A stretch of DNA of 62,705 nt, from NCBI GenBank assembly GCA_041687695.1, contig JAWLBL010000038.1:1-62705 (forward strand). Direction: 5' to 3'. How positions within the stretch are numbered: the stretch's first letter is position 1; every line of letters starts with the position of its first letter. The notes beneath the pieces are model-generated. The model ran no database searches. It had not been told where the DNA came from and worked only from the letters and a program-made list of their open reading frames with translations. This DNA comes from Myxococcota bacterium. GTDB lineage: Bacteria > Myxococcota_A > UBA9042 > PHBI01 > JAWLBL01. The position numbers were made by a program, and so were the translations under genes. This document shows positions 50,370-60,551 of the stretch, one piece after another.

Positions 50370-51308
50370 TCACCGCTCGAACCAGGGGTACTCGCCCGGC
50401 TGGAGCGGCTCGACCGGACCGTCGGCCTCGCCACGGAAGCGCTCCGGGAGGAAGGCCTTGTCGAGGTCGTCCGGGAACCAGCCGGCACGCCAGCCGTCGA
50501 CCGTGTCGCCGTTGGTGGTCTTGCCCGCCAGGTGTCGACCGGGCCCGGTCAACCACTCGTACACGCGAGCCGTCACGTAGAGGCCGGACGGTCCGTTCAT
50601 CGGTGTGCTCATCCAGTCGAGGGGCTCGGCCGGACGGTCGAAGGTGGGGTAGAAGGCGAAGCGGGGGAAGCGGCTGCCGCAGACCGAGCAGGGAACATCG
50701 TGCTTGCTGCACCCATAGGGAGCAGCCTCCCAATCGAGCGCGACCGGCACGCGGATGCCGAAGTAGTCGTCCTCGGTCGGTGTGGTCACCTCGACCGGGA
50801 AGACATCGAGACCGGCGTCGAGTCCGACGTCGCGCAGCGCGGTGAGCAGCTCGCCCGAGATGATCCGCACGCTCGAGTTGCCCGGGGAGAAGAGGCCTGG
50901 CGTGAACAGAGGAGGAGGAAGCGCCAGCTTGATCTCGGGATTGGCCGGGAGCTCATCGCGCAGGCGACCACATGCCGGGCACTTGACGGCCGCCTCGACC
51001 CGCGGGGTCAGCTCCTTGCACCGCGGAAGTCGCGGCGCGAAGAGGAACACCAGGCCGTAGGTCCCGTCCGCCAGGGAGTCCTCGCCTTGCAGCCCATATT
51101 CGGAAAGCTCCAGGCCACCCACCCCTTTCAGCTCCTTTCTGAGCCAGGGGGCAAGTTGCCAGGAGTCCGGGTCCAACACCCACCTGTAGGTCTGCTCTCT
51201 CTCGGGTCGCACTCGTGGAGGAAGCACGGCCAGCCTGCGCACCTGCTCGGGAACCGTCTGGAAAGACTCCCAGGTCGCTGAACCGTAGAGGATGACAGCT
51301 GGTTTCAC
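50370..51308 (-). CDS. Double-CXXCG protein, SitI6-like immunity candidate
   Basis: CPACG and CSVCG, each followed by similar 'IIS/YVT..' segments; GTGA-type overlap with the upstream toxin-like ORF. Confidence 0.6.
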   Translation of the reverse strand: MKPAVILYGSATWESFQTVPEQVRRLAVLPPRVRPEREQTYRWVLDPDSWQLAPWLRKELKGVGGLELSEYGLQGEDSLADGTYGLVFLFAPRLPRCKELTPRVEAAVKCPACGRLRDELPANPEIKLALPPPLFTPGLFSPGNSSVRIISGELLTALRDVGLDAGLDVFPVEVTTPTEDDYFGIRVPVALDWEAAPYGCSKHDVPCSVCGSRFPRFAFYPTFDRPAEPLDWMSTPMNGPSGLYVTARVYEWLTGPGRHLAGKTTNGDTVDGWRAGWFPDDLDKAFLPERFRGEADGPVEPLQPGEYPWFER

Positions 51309-52246
51309 ATTACACCGCCAGCCAGCTTCTGAAGTTCGAATCGAAGACGCTCAGCCACATGAGCTTGAACTCTCGGGTCCGTGAGCACGTACTCGTAGGC
51401 ATCCTCGAGCAAGTCACGGATGCGCTGAAGGACTCGAATTCTATTTGGGTGCTGCCGAATGAACTGCGTGACCCGGCCAGGCTCCGAGGGACTGAGCCGG
51501 GCCCTCGCGAACTCCGGATCCTCAGCGAACATCCGGTCCAGCACCTGATGGAACCCGCCCTCGTGCAGCTCGCCGCCAGCCATGTTGTGCACGCAGCGTG
51601 GGAGCATCATACCCACCTGCCTCTCGTCGCCAAGCAGCCACTTCGGCCAGACGTGGTGGTGCTCCAGCTTGCCGTAGTTGGCGCGCCACCATGCGAACAC
51701 GGCCGACTTGCCTGGGTGGCTCTTCTCGCCCTTGGCGAGGGCTGCCTCGATCCGCTCCATGACAGCTCTCGGCAGGGTGACGACGACCATGTCCCCTCGG
51801 GTCTCGTGCTCGAGCACCACTCCATTCAGCGCCTCCCGGATCGCGGCGCGTACCTCATCGGGCAAGCCGCGGTCAGGGAGCTCGGCCGTGGACAGCCACT
51901 CGGCGATCGCCGAATTCACCGGGGCCGGGATGCGCGGCACGGGCTCCTTCAGGACCTCCTCCGTGATGACCGGATGCCTCACGTCCTCGTCGAGCTCCCC
52001 CTTCCGCACGGTCTCGCGCAGCAGCGCATAGTAGCCGCCGGGCTGCTCCGGCTTGAAGCGCTTGCTGCCCCCCGTCGCACCTTCCGGAGGCGTCACCGTG
52101 GTCAGCTCACCGACCAGCCCCTGGCCCAGCTTGCTGCTCGTGTCGAAGACCGGCCCGAGCGAAGGCCGCGCCTCGTACACGTAGTCGAGCGTCCCGGGCA
52201 TCCTGGTGCCCTCGGGAGGCGCCGGCGCGCCCTTCAGCGACCGCAT
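51305..52246 (-). CDS. DUF2380/SitA6-like HNH-type toxin C-terminal region (orphan, N-terminus uncertain)
   Basis: His-rich 'LEHHHVWPKW...LPRCVHN...LHEGGFH'. No signal peptide or lipobox; the upstream sequence (52246-52567) looks frameshifted. Confidence 0.55.
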   Translation of the reverse strand: MRSLKGAPAPPEGTRMPGTLDYVYEARPSLGPVFDTSSKLGQGLVGELTTVTPPEGATGGSKRFKPEQPGGYYALLRETVRKGELDEDVRHPVITEEVLKEPVPRIPAPVNSAIAEWLSTAELPDRGLPDEVRAAIREALNGVVLEHETRGDMVVVTLPRAVMERIEAALAKGEKSHPGKSAVFAWWRANYGKLEHHHVWPKWLLGDERQVGMMLPRCVHNMAGGELHEGGFHQVLDRMFAEDPEFARARLSPSEPGRVTQFIRQHPNRIRVLQRIRDLLEDAYEYVLTDPRVQAHVAERLRFELQKLAGGVM

Positions 52247-52645
52247 CAGACCTTCAGGACCACCCTCGCCCTCGCGACCTCCGGGTGGGTCAGCGACGAC
52301 GCTGCCGAAGCCCGCTCCTCCCGCGCACTCGACGCTCCAGTGTCGGCCGCCATGGCAGCCCCAGGCAGCGCGACTCGAGGCTGCGCCAGGTGACCGCTCG
52401 CCGCAAACCGCCCCGCGATCACCCGCGCCTCCATCTCGGCCTCGATCCGTGCGTCGCTTCGGCGCCTCGGCGTATCGTTCGAGCCTGCGCTTTGTCGCCG
52501 CGCCCGCCACGACCTCGTTTGCGCGCCGCAACGCCGCGAGCGCCTCGCCCCCGGACCCAGGGGACAACCCGCCCAGGCGCCGCGCTTCCGCCCACCGGCC
52601 GAGCCCCCGGTCCTGAGGGGCTCGCCGGTGGGGGGACGCGCCGCC

Positions 52646-53533
52646 TCAGGCGACCGGCTCGGGCGGGGCGGGCTGGGGCGCGGGGGCGGTGGGCTCGGTC
52701 GGCTCGGCGGGCGGCGTCGCGTCGGCTTCGGCCTCGGTGGTGGTGGGCCGCGTGGTGCCCCGGCGGACGCGGCGCAGGGCCGAGGTGAAGCTGGCGCGCT
52801 CGAAGGGGGCGCGGCGGTTGGGGTCGTTCCAGAAGCGGGCCTCGCCGGCGGCGCGCGCGTGGCGGCCGAGGAGCACGGCCAGCGTCAGATACTGGTTGCG
52901 CAGCAGGGTCGCGTCGGCCTGCGAGCGGATGCCGATGATGGCCAGCACGTCGCGGTGCTCGGCCTCGGTCAGCAGGCGCTGGCCCTCGCGCCGGTCGTCC
53001 AGGGTGAAGCCGCGCACCTCGAGCTCGGCGGCCGCTTCGGCGGCGGCCCTCAGCAGATCCCGGAGGTCGGTCACCTCCTCCTCGACCGTCCGCGTCTCGT
53101 TGTGGTCGTGGAAGACCGCCGCGCGCGTCGGCTGGAAGAAGAACGCCAGCGTCCCCGCCTTGCGCAGCTTGTCCCGCCACGGCCGGCTGGCCTCGACCAC
53201 CTCAGCGACCGTGCGCGTCTTCCAGTCGCCGAACCGCAAGCCCGCCTTCAAGATCTCGTCATAGGTGCGCGCCGCAATGATGGCCATCCGCAGCCGCTGC
53301 ACGTCCTCCGCGCTGTAACCCACCGCGGCCAGCGTCTCTCGCTCCTGCAGCACGGTCACGAACACGTCCGCCAGCTCGATCCGCGTCACCTCGGTCGACT
53401 GGTTGGGCTCCATGACCTCGCCGATCAGCCCGATCGCCCCCTCCAGCCCGGCCACCAGCGCCTGCAGCTCGGCCGGCGACTTCGCCAGCGCCAGCTCCTC
53501 CAGGACCTTCGCGGTCTCCTCCCGAACGTTCAT
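52646..53533 (-). CDS. Hypothetical alpha-helical protein with a Pro/Ala tail
   Basis: GGAGG RBS, strong codon bias, no recognised motif. Confidence 0.75.
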   Translation of the reverse strand: MNVREETAKVLEELALAKSPAELQALVAGLEGAIGLIGEVMEPNQSTEVTRIELADVFVTVLQERETLAAVGYSAEDVQRLRMAIIAARTYDEILKAGLRFGDWKTRTVAEVVEASRPWRDKLRKAGTLAFFFQPTRAAVFHDHNETRTVEEEVTDLRDLLRAAAEAAAELEVRGFTLDDRREGQRLLTEAEHRDVLAIIGIRSQADATLLRNQYLTLAVLLGRHARAAGEARFWNDPNRRAPFERASFTSALRRVRRGTTRPTTTEAEADATPPAEPTEPTAPAPQPAPPEPVA

Positions 53534-53689
53534 CTCCCCCTCCTCAGAGTCATCAAGCGTTCAACACGTCGCGAAGATTGCCGCCCCATACGGCCAGACC
53601 GCCCTACCCGCCCCCTCCGCAGTCGCACAACCCCACCACCGGCCTGCTCATCCTGCACGGCACCACGCCCCTCCCCCGCAACCCCCTTC

Positions 53690-54200
53690 CACCTCGCCGA
53701 AGACCTCGACCCACCGCGCCCTCGATCCCCAGCAGGCCCGCCGAAGCCCCCCGCCACCACGCCGAAGACTCACCCCACCCCGCCCTCGATCCCCAGCAGG
53801 CCCCCCGAAGCCCCCCGCCACCCCGCCGTAGATCGCGAGCCAAACCCCCGTAGACCGCTGTAGGTCCACCGAATCCCGCCGCACCGCCCCCTGGCACGCC
53901 TCTTCGGCCCCTCAGCCCCGATCCTCCGGCCCCTCAGCGTCCTTCCTACGGCCCCCAAGCCGCCCTCTACGGCCCCCAAGCCGACCTCTACGGAGCCCCA
54001 GCGCGCCTGATACACCGCCCAAGCCGCCCTCTACGGCCCCTCAGCGCGCCTCCTCCGGCCCCCAAGCCGCCCTCTACGGCCCTCCAGCGAGCCCCTCCGC
54101 CCCCTCAGCCCCGCCTCGCCCCTCTCGTGCTATCGAACGCGGCGCTGGAGGGACCCACCTCGCCCTGTCGAACGCGGCGCTGGAGGGACCCACCTCGGCC
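53690..54200. repeat. Cluster of imperfect tandem repeats
   Basis: ~63-bp duplication containing CGCCCTCGATCCCCAGCAGGCCC; 21-bp units CTCTACGGCCCCCAAGCCGCC; 32-bp duplication TCGAACGCGGCGCTGGAGGGACCCACCTCG. Confidence 0.75.
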
Positions 54201-54266
54201 CTCTCCGGCCCTCACGCCGAGCCGCGAGCGCCCCCTCGAGCCCCACGCCCACCTGCCCCAACCCGC

Positions 54267-55078
54267 CTCCGGCGCCCGCCACCAGCCCCTCTCCCCGAGC
54301 CCCCGCCGCCCTCCCCGCTCGCCCCGGTGTCAACCTTTCAGCCCCTAACCGGTTGCACACCCCGATCCGACCGCCTAAAGTCGCCCCCATCGAGGCACCC
54401 AAAGGCGACCATGCCCCTGCACAGCGCCAACAACTTCAGCGACCGCGCCCCCCGGCCCCCCGGCCCTCCCGCCGCGCCCCGCGTCCAGCGACCGCGCCCC
54501 CCGGCCCCCCGGCCCTCCCGCCGCGCCCCGCGTCCGCGGCGCCTCCGCCCTGACGCAGGACGACCTCGTTCGCCTCACGCCCGCTCCGCACCCGTGCCCG
54601 CCTCGCGCGCACCTCGCCGCCCAGCCAGCTGGCGAGGCCTTGGACATCCGCCGAGCCCCACCCCGTGCCCGACCCGGCACCGCGCCCCCCGGTGGTCGCT
54701 CCGCCCATGTCGCAGCCCTGAAGCCGCCGGCTCGGCCCCGGGTAATCCGCAGCGGAACGCGTGGCGCCCCGCCCCCGCCGACATCGCCGCGACCGAGCAA
54801 CTTGGATTTTGCGGACGTGGCCCCTGGGCTTCGTTCGCATCGGAACGCGAGGCGCCCCTCCCCCGCCGACACCGCAGCGACCGAGCAACCCAACTCTTGC
54901 GAACCTGGCCCCTGGGCTCCGGCGCTCCGGGCTCCGACCGAGCAATTTAACTTTTACGGACGTGGCCCCTTGGCTTCCGACTGAGCAACTTAACTTTCAC
55001 GGACGTGGCCCCTGGGCTTCCGCGCACACCGCCTCGACTGAGCAACTCAACTTTCACGGACGTGGCCCCTGGGCTTCG
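54267..55078 (+). repeat. Long direct repeat, copy A
   Basis: Homologous to 56089-56735; ends in reiterated GAGCAA(T/C)T(T/C)AACTTT(T/C)ACGGACGTGGCCCCT units. Confidence 0.85.
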
Positions 55079-55138
55079 ATAGCCCGATAGCCGATCACCC
55101 CAAGAAGGGCGATCCTTGAAGTATCGACGGAGCTAGCA

Positions 55139-55894
55139 ATGGGCACACCGATTCTTGGCCGGATGCTGGGCGCAGTCGATGCATTCTCTAGGCGCCTCGT
55201 TACGGCGGCCAATGAGGTCTCGGCGAGGCTTGATCGAGCATGGCGCTCCATGATTCTTGTATTACGTGATACCTGGTTCAAATTAACTCTGATAGGCCGC
55301 GCGCTGGGGACGATCGCCAAGGTGCTCTCTCCGGGACTTGTCTTGCTGGCGGTGGGAATCGCGTTCTCGCTTATCTGGGTTTGGATTCTCGGTGGCGGCT
55401 ACGTCGCGGTCATGGTATCAGTCGCGTGGTTCGGACCCAGCCCGGAATCAGACGATCCCGAAGTCGAGTGGGTACGGTTCTTCCCGCCATCATGGCTTGA
55501 CAACCATCAGGTCAAGGAATCGCTTTCAGCATTGGTGCGCGGATGGGCGGAGGCCGATCGCGCTGTCAGCTCCTTGTTGGATAGGACGAAAGCCCAAAAC
55601 CCTCTACGCCGCCCTCTTCAGGACGTGCGCAACGGAATGCACGCCCGCATGCACGGGATGCGCCGTCCGATAAATTTGGCGCTTGCGTCGAGTGGCCGCG
55701 GAGTCATTCTGCCCACTGCAGTGGGACAAGCTCATGACGAGTTCACGAGGATTCGGGTGATGGCGACGGAATTGATACCTCAATGCTTAGATGATTCTCC
55801 GCACGGACCTGCATCCGTGACCGAAGACGACACACTAAAACAAGCGTTGGACTCGCTGGATGACATAATTTCGGCTCTTAGGTCGCTTCAGTAA
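55139..55894 (+). CDS. Hypothetical membrane protein (lower GC)
   Basis: GGAG RBS, two TM segments, atypical codon usage. Confidence 0.7.
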   Translation: MGTPILGRMLGAVDAFSRRLVTAANEVSARLDRAWRSMILVLRDTWFKLTLIGRALGTIAKVLSPGLVLLAVGIAFSLIWVWILGGGYVAVMVSVAWFGPSPESDDPEVEWVRFFPPSWLDNHQVKESLSALVRGWAEADRAVSSLLDRTKAQNPLRRPLQDVRNGMHARMHGMRRPINLALASSGRGVILPTAVGQAHDEFTRIRVMATELIPQCLDDSPHGPASVTEDDTLKQALDSLDDIISALRSLQ

Positions 55895-55990
55895 GAAATG
55901 GGGGACCGTCTGCGCAATTTGCATTTACGCCCGCTAGCTGGCGGCAGTCATGGATCCAGATCTCAGGGATCCCAGGGGTCAAGGGATCCC

Positions 55991-56085
55991 AGGGGTCAAG
56001 TCCCAACTTACAAACAACTCGAGGACAGACGGTCGGTTACGCGAGGTGCATGATGAAGAAGTATGCAAGTTGGGACTTGACCCCT
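55991..56085. repeat. 95-bp palindromic element (REPIN/MITE-like)
   Basis: Perfect 19-bp IR AGGGGTCAAGTCCCAACTT / AAGTTGGGACTTGACCCCT; 17-bp duplication at the left end. Confidence 0.85.
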
Positions 56086-56088
56086 ACG

Positions 56089-56735
56089 CTCCGGCGCCCT
56101 CCACCAGCCCCTCTCGCCAAGCCCCCGCCGCCCTCCCCGCTCGCCCCGGTGTCAACCTTCTGGCCCCTAACCAGTTGCGCACCCCGATCCGACCGCCTAG
56201 AGTCGCCCCCATCGAGGCACCCAAAGGCGACCATGCCCCTGCACAGCGCCAACATCCTCAGCGACAGCGCCCCCGGGCCCCCCGGCCGCCCCTCCGCGCC
56301 CCTCGTCCGCAGCGCCCTCGCCCTGACGCAGGACAACCTGGATCGCCGCACCCCCGCCCCGACAGCGTGTCCGGCTCGCGCGCACCTCACTCCCCAGCCG
56401 ACCGCGGAAGCCCTCGCCCATCCGCCGAGCCCCACCCCGTGCCCGACCCGGCACCGCGCCCCCCGGTGGTCGCTCCGCCCATGTCGCAGCCCTGAAGCCG
56501 CCGGCTCGGCCCCAGGTCGTTCGCAGCGGAAAGCGTGCCGCCCCGCCCCCCCGCCGACACCCCCTCGACCGAGGGACTCAACTTACCCGGACGTGGCGCC
56601 TGGGCTCCGGGGCTCCGGACTGCGACCGAGCAATTTAACTTTTACGGACGTGGCCCCTGGGCTTCGGCCCCTGGGCTCCTGGGCTCCAGGCTGCGACCAA
56701 GCAATTTAACTTTTACGGACGTGGCCCCTGGGCTT
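56089..56735 (+). repeat. Long direct repeat, copy B
   Basis: Homologous to 54267-55078; begins 3 bp after the 95-bp palindrome. Confidence 0.85.
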
Positions 56736-56897
56736 TGGAGATTCATCTGTGACTGCCCCCCCCCCGACGAAACAGGAACTAGCTCGTCGTCACAACCTAG
56801 CGTTCCTGAGAATGCTGCTGCAAGCCGCTTGCGCCGCGAGTTGAATGAAGTCAATCGCTTGATCGCGGAAGTCCGTGCCGAACGCGCAAAGTTGGAA

Positions 56898-57737
56898 ATG
56901 GGCTCGCACTCTATGACTACGGCTCACCGGGGCGAGCCTATTCAAAGGAAAAGTTCACAAGCCCATGGTACGAACAGTACCAAACTTGCAGTAGTGGCGC
57001 TTGCTTCGGTTCTGTTGATCGGTGGCTTTGCCGTATTGCTGTGGTTCTCAAGTGGACCGGCAGACTCAAGCTCAGCAGATGCATCGCACGCTGCGAGCGC
57101 CACAAATTCGACTTCTTCTCCAGCCATGAATGTCCAGAGTCCGAATTCCAATGTTCCACCTCCCGGGATACCCGCTCCGTCAGCCGACCAGACAGCTTCC
57201 GCAGCCGCAGGTCCTGTTCAACCTGAGGTCGCGAACGAGTATGTAGATACTCAGATGAACGCTGACGAAAGTCGAGAGCTAGCACTGCGCCTGATCGCAG
57301 AAAGACAAGCGAATGTGGTGCGTCACGAGGTTGGCGCTCTCATGGACCGTTGGTCGAGAGCTCAATTGGAAGGAGATTTCAGGAGCTACTCCAGACTCTA
57401 CCATGCCGAGTTCACTGGAATTCGCAACTCGCATGGCACAAGGATCTCCCTAAATCGCCGAGAGTGGCTTAAAGACAGACGCGGCATGTTCAAGCAGAAG
57501 ATGTTCGTGGCGGTGAATAATCTAGAAATCACCAACATAGATGCCACCCCTCGCGGACAAATCTCAATTCGCTTCGACCAGTGGTGGCGTAACAAGCTTT
57601 TCGCAGACTTCGGACCAAAAACCATGACACTAATTCGAGCCAATGGCGAACTTCAGATCCAGCGAGAGGAGATGATCGATTCCAGACCCTGGACCGACTC
57701 GGACTACGATCGCTATCCGAACTCTATGCCTCGATAA
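56898..57737 (+). CDS. Membrane-anchored protein with a C-terminal NTF2/SnoaL-like domain (start uncertain)
   Basis: TM segment, Ser/Pro linker, then 'LMDRWSRAQLEGDFRSYSRLYHAEF...WLKDR...FDQ...KTMTL...IQRE'. The frame stays open upstream to ~56760. Confidence 0.65.
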   Translation: MGSHSMTTAHRGEPIQRKSSQAHGTNSTKLAVVALASVLLIGGFAVLLWFSSGPADSSSADASHAASATNSTSSPAMNVQSPNSNVPPPGIPAPSADQTASAAAGPVQPEVANEYVDTQMNADESRELALRLIAERQANVVRHEVGALMDRWSRAQLEGDFRSYSRLYHAEFTGIRNSHGTRISLNRREWLKDRRGMFKQKMFVAVNNLEITNIDATPRGQISIRFDQWWRNKLFADFGPKTMTLIRANGELQIQREEMIDSRPWTDSDYDRYPNSMPR

Positions 57738-57756
57738 CTCCTGAACCGGCTCACAA

Positions 57757-58662
57757 GTGGCTTCCGAAAAGCATAGGCCCAATGTGTCAGCACTGAATCA
57801 TCCTGAACCGCCAGACGACTCACTCAGTGCCGCGCTTGCAAGTGCACGGGCGACACTTAAGCACGAGATGGAACTATTGCGGATCGCTCAGTCGAATCTG
57901 CGTAATACTGAGAACTCAGCAATTTACTCGTCACGTCATGACCTTCCGACATCCACTCCATCGATTTCTACGTCGAGTGAACGAAATCAGGCTATGCCTG
58001 AGCCGACGCGGAATCGAAGGGAACCCGCAGCTCAGGTTTCGATGCAAACGGATGCCGACGTTGCCAAGTCGGACGTAGTGTCAACAATCTCCGGACCGTC
58101 CGCATCACCGAGTCTCGCAAGTATTGATGAATTCGACTCGCCTGCCACTTGGCTGGAACAGAACGGGATGCAACAGTACACGCCGCGGTTCCTTGCTGAG
58201 CGCATCACCACAGGACAACTGATGGCGCTGACCGACGACAACTTGATCCGACTTGGGTTGAGTTCGTTGGGCGACCGGCTGCGTTTTCGCGAAGCTTTGC
58301 AAGCTTTCCCGCCTACGATCGAAGTCTCACCGAGAAGATTGACTCCGGCCAACGATGAACAGAACACCAACGAAGAGCAACCTCGGCGGCTGTTCCCCTG
58401 GCGCGCGCCCGGATTCTGGACGATTCTCCTTGCGCTTTGGGTGATTGGGACAATACACAAGGCTTTGGAGTGTGGGCCGGCGATGCAAAGCGAGTCATCC
58501 AACAACGCCATACTACAAAATGGCGATATCCCAGGCTATGCCGCCTGTGTCGATAAAATGGCAGTTACATGCCCACACTGCCCAATAAGGATGTGCTGTG
58601 ATCAGGTAGGAGGAACCTACTTCCAGCGCGGCGCGTTTCCGACTTGTGAGCTCGCTCAATGA
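57757..58662 (+). CDS. SAM (sterile alpha motif) domain, TM segment and Cys-rich C-terminal domain
   Basis: 'WLEQNGMQQYTPRFLAERIT..LMALTDDNLIRLGLSSLGDRLRFREAL'; TM segment; seven Cys after the TM. Confidence 0.7.
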   Translation: MASEKHRPNVSALNHPEPPDDSLSAALASARATLKHEMELLRIAQSNLRNTENSAIYSSRHDLPTSTPSISTSSERNQAMPEPTRNRREPAAQVSMQTDADVAKSDVVSTISGPSASPSLASIDEFDSPATWLEQNGMQQYTPRFLAERITTGQLMALTDDNLIRLGLSSLGDRLRFREALQAFPPTIEVSPRRLTPANDEQNTNEEQPRRLFPWRAPGFWTILLALWVIGTIHKALECGPAMQSESSNNAILQNGDIPGYAACVDKMAVTCPHCPIRMCCDQVGGTYFQRGAFPTCELAQ

Positions 58663-58709
58663 GCGGCGAGAAGGTGGCCATAACTCGGCTTGGCTAACCT
58701 AAAGGGCAG

Positions 58710-58774
58710 GGGTCAGGCCTAGCCACTTCTCCTATTCCGTGCCTCAGAAAGTTGAAAGTGGCTAGGCCTGACCC
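58710..58774. repeat. 65-bp palindromic element
   Basis: Perfect 19-bp IR GGGTCAGGCCTAGCCACTT / AAGTGGCTAGGCCTGACCC. Confidence 0.85.
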
Positions 58775-58884
58775 TTCCGGTCCGGACATGATTATTGGGC
58801 CGTCTGCCTCCTGGGCCGCATTATCCCTTAGAGCACTTAATCCGGACACCTATCCCCTTGATCTTGGTCGCCTCGACCACTGGA

Positions 58885-59418
58885 ATGTGTATGTCTGTTA
58901 GGGAACGCTGTGAACGATGCTCGCGTGCTGTGCCCGAAGGTAGTCTCCTCGGCTTCGGGGCGGGCCCAAACGGAGGTTGGCAGATCTGTGCATACTGCCG
59001 GGACGCGATAGATCGCGAAGCGACCTCGGAACTTGCCGAGGTCGATTTTCCGGCCCTGGAATGGACAGAGCCGGAACCAATGGAACCGGCTAATGTGGTC
59101 GAACTGCTCGCACGATCTTTGACCAACCGACATCCCGTCACCTTGTATTATGGAGGTACGCCGCACAGGGGACCTCGTTACGGCTATGCGTATGTTATTC
59201 ACGCAACGCGTCGCGAGTACGATGGAGAGTCTCCAATGTACGTTGAGTTCTATCAGAGGGGTGGAGATTCTAGCGATCCCTACGACCTACCAGCGAATCG
59301 AAAGCTGCTCATCGCGCACATTTACCATGTCACGATCCACTTCGACCGTAGCTTTCCGGCTCCAGCCCTGAACCTGAGCCAATACGACTATGTGATGGCG
59401 GCCGCTAATGATGCTTAA
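58885..59418 (+). CDS. Zinc-ribbon plus WYL-like domain protein
   Basis: CERC...CAYC, then 'LLARSLTNRHPVTLYYGG...R...YVEFYQRGGDS...RKLLIAHIYHVTI...F', which resembles the WYL fold. Overlaps the next gene. Confidence 0.5.
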   Translation: MCMSVRERCERCSRAVPEGSLLGFGAGPNGGWQICAYCRDAIDREATSELAEVDFPALEWTEPEPMEPANVVELLARSLTNRHPVTLYYGGTPHRGPRYGYAYVIHATRREYDGESPMYVEFYQRGGDSSDPYDLPANRKLLIAHIYHVTIHFDRSFPAPALNLSQYDYVMAAANDA

Positions 59419-60427
59419 TTTTCAAGACAGACATGGCATAACATTCGTCGCACTCCGTGACCGGAAGATGGTCCTGACGAAGCACACTTCGGACATGAGC
59501 AGATGTCTCTTTCAGGCTGAGTTAAGTGAAACGGACGTAACAGTGCTCTTCGCTGAACTCGCGAAGGCGAAGCTCGGCCTCGAATCGCCTGAAGACTTCT
59601 CGGCTGTGCGAGACGTGGTTGCTTCGCACCCGGAACTCATTGGCTCGGATCCGGAATTGATCGGCAAGGTGCTTGCGTGCCACAAGGATGCAGTCATTGC
59701 ATTTGTCGAGTCCGAGCTTAGTGCGTACGAAATCCGCAACTTAGCCTACCGCAAGTCTCAACTAGAAGTGATGCGCCGCCTCCTCACGGAATCAGAATAC
59801 TTCGACGAAGTACGGAGAGAGCGATGCGATAGCCTGGGACTGAAGCTCTACCAACCAGAGCGCGTCTGGCAGGACTTCTTCGAGGAAAACAGGTGGATAT
59901 TCGGACTAGGGCTTGATTATCGCATCGGCTCAGCGGCCTTTGAGGATCGGCTGGAGACCGTGGTTCGAGGTGCGAGCGCTACAACGGCTGGATTCAGAGT
60001 CGATGCCGTTCTGCGGACTCGCGGATTTGTTCAGTCGCTATGCCTTGTCGAGATCAAACGCCATGATACGGCTCTGCTTGAGCAGGATGCCTACCGAAGT
60101 GGTGCTTGGCAGGTGTCGAAGGAACTCGGAGGTGGCGTCGCCCAGTGCCATGCATCCGTGTATTCTGTCAGTGAAGATCCGAGTTTCGAAGTCGAAGGGG
60201 TCGAGAAGGTCATGCCTCGCTCCATCCTCGTCATTGGAAGACTTGATGAGTTTCAACGTTCAGGTCGCCTCGACAAGGCTCGTTTTCGATCGTTCGAGCA
60301 GTTCAGACGCCACCTAACAGCACCGGAAATCATCACATTCGACGAACTATACTCTCGAGCACAAGCCTCGCTGATTCGGGACGAGGAACTGGTGTCGCGC
60401 CCAACAGAGCACTTGGCCTCAGCGTAA
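59408..60427 (+). CDS. sduA: Shedu anti-phage nuclease SduA (DUF4263)
   Basis: 'E..WQDFFEENRWIFG', 'VDAVL', 'LVEIKR...LL...YR', 'ELGGGVAQ', 'LVIGR', 'EIITFDEL'. Confidence 0.85.
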   Translation: MMLNFQDRHGITFVALRDRKMVLTKHTSDMSRCLFQAELSETDVTVLFAELAKAKLGLESPEDFSAVRDVVASHPELIGSDPELIGKVLACHKDAVIAFVESELSAYEIRNLAYRKSQLEVMRRLLTESEYFDEVRRERCDSLGLKLYQPERVWQDFFEENRWIFGLGLDYRIGSAAFEDRLETVVRGASATTAGFRVDAVLRTRGFVQSLCLVEIKRHDTALLEQDAYRSGAWQVSKELGGGVAQCHASVYSVSEDPSFEVEGVEKVMPRSILVIGRLDEFQRSGRLDKARFRSFEQFRRHLTAPEIITFDELYSRAQASLIRDEELVSRPTEHLASA

Positions 60428-60457
60428 GACTTATCGGCGAAGGCCTCGCCATGTTTT

Positions 60458-60551
60458 GGGGTCAAGTCCGTGACTTGCAAACAACTTGATGCGGACGGGT
60501 ACTCCGAGCCAGATGCATGATGACCATGTATGCAAGTTGAGACTGGACCCC
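60458..60551. repeat. Second, diverged copy of the ~95-bp palindromic element
   Basis: GGGGTCAAGTCC..ACTTGCAAACAACT...TGCATGATGA...GTATGCAAGTTGAGACTGGACCCC is colinear with 55991-56085. Confidence 0.8.

Noticed and set aside
54790..55075. GGACGTGGCCCC repeats as a CRISPR array
   Set aside because: Spacing is irregular, the units are degenerate, and they are part of a larger duplicated block.
54327..56709. 'MPLHSAN...' ORFs within the long direct repeats
   Set aside because: The frames diverge between the two copies and the translations are low-complexity.
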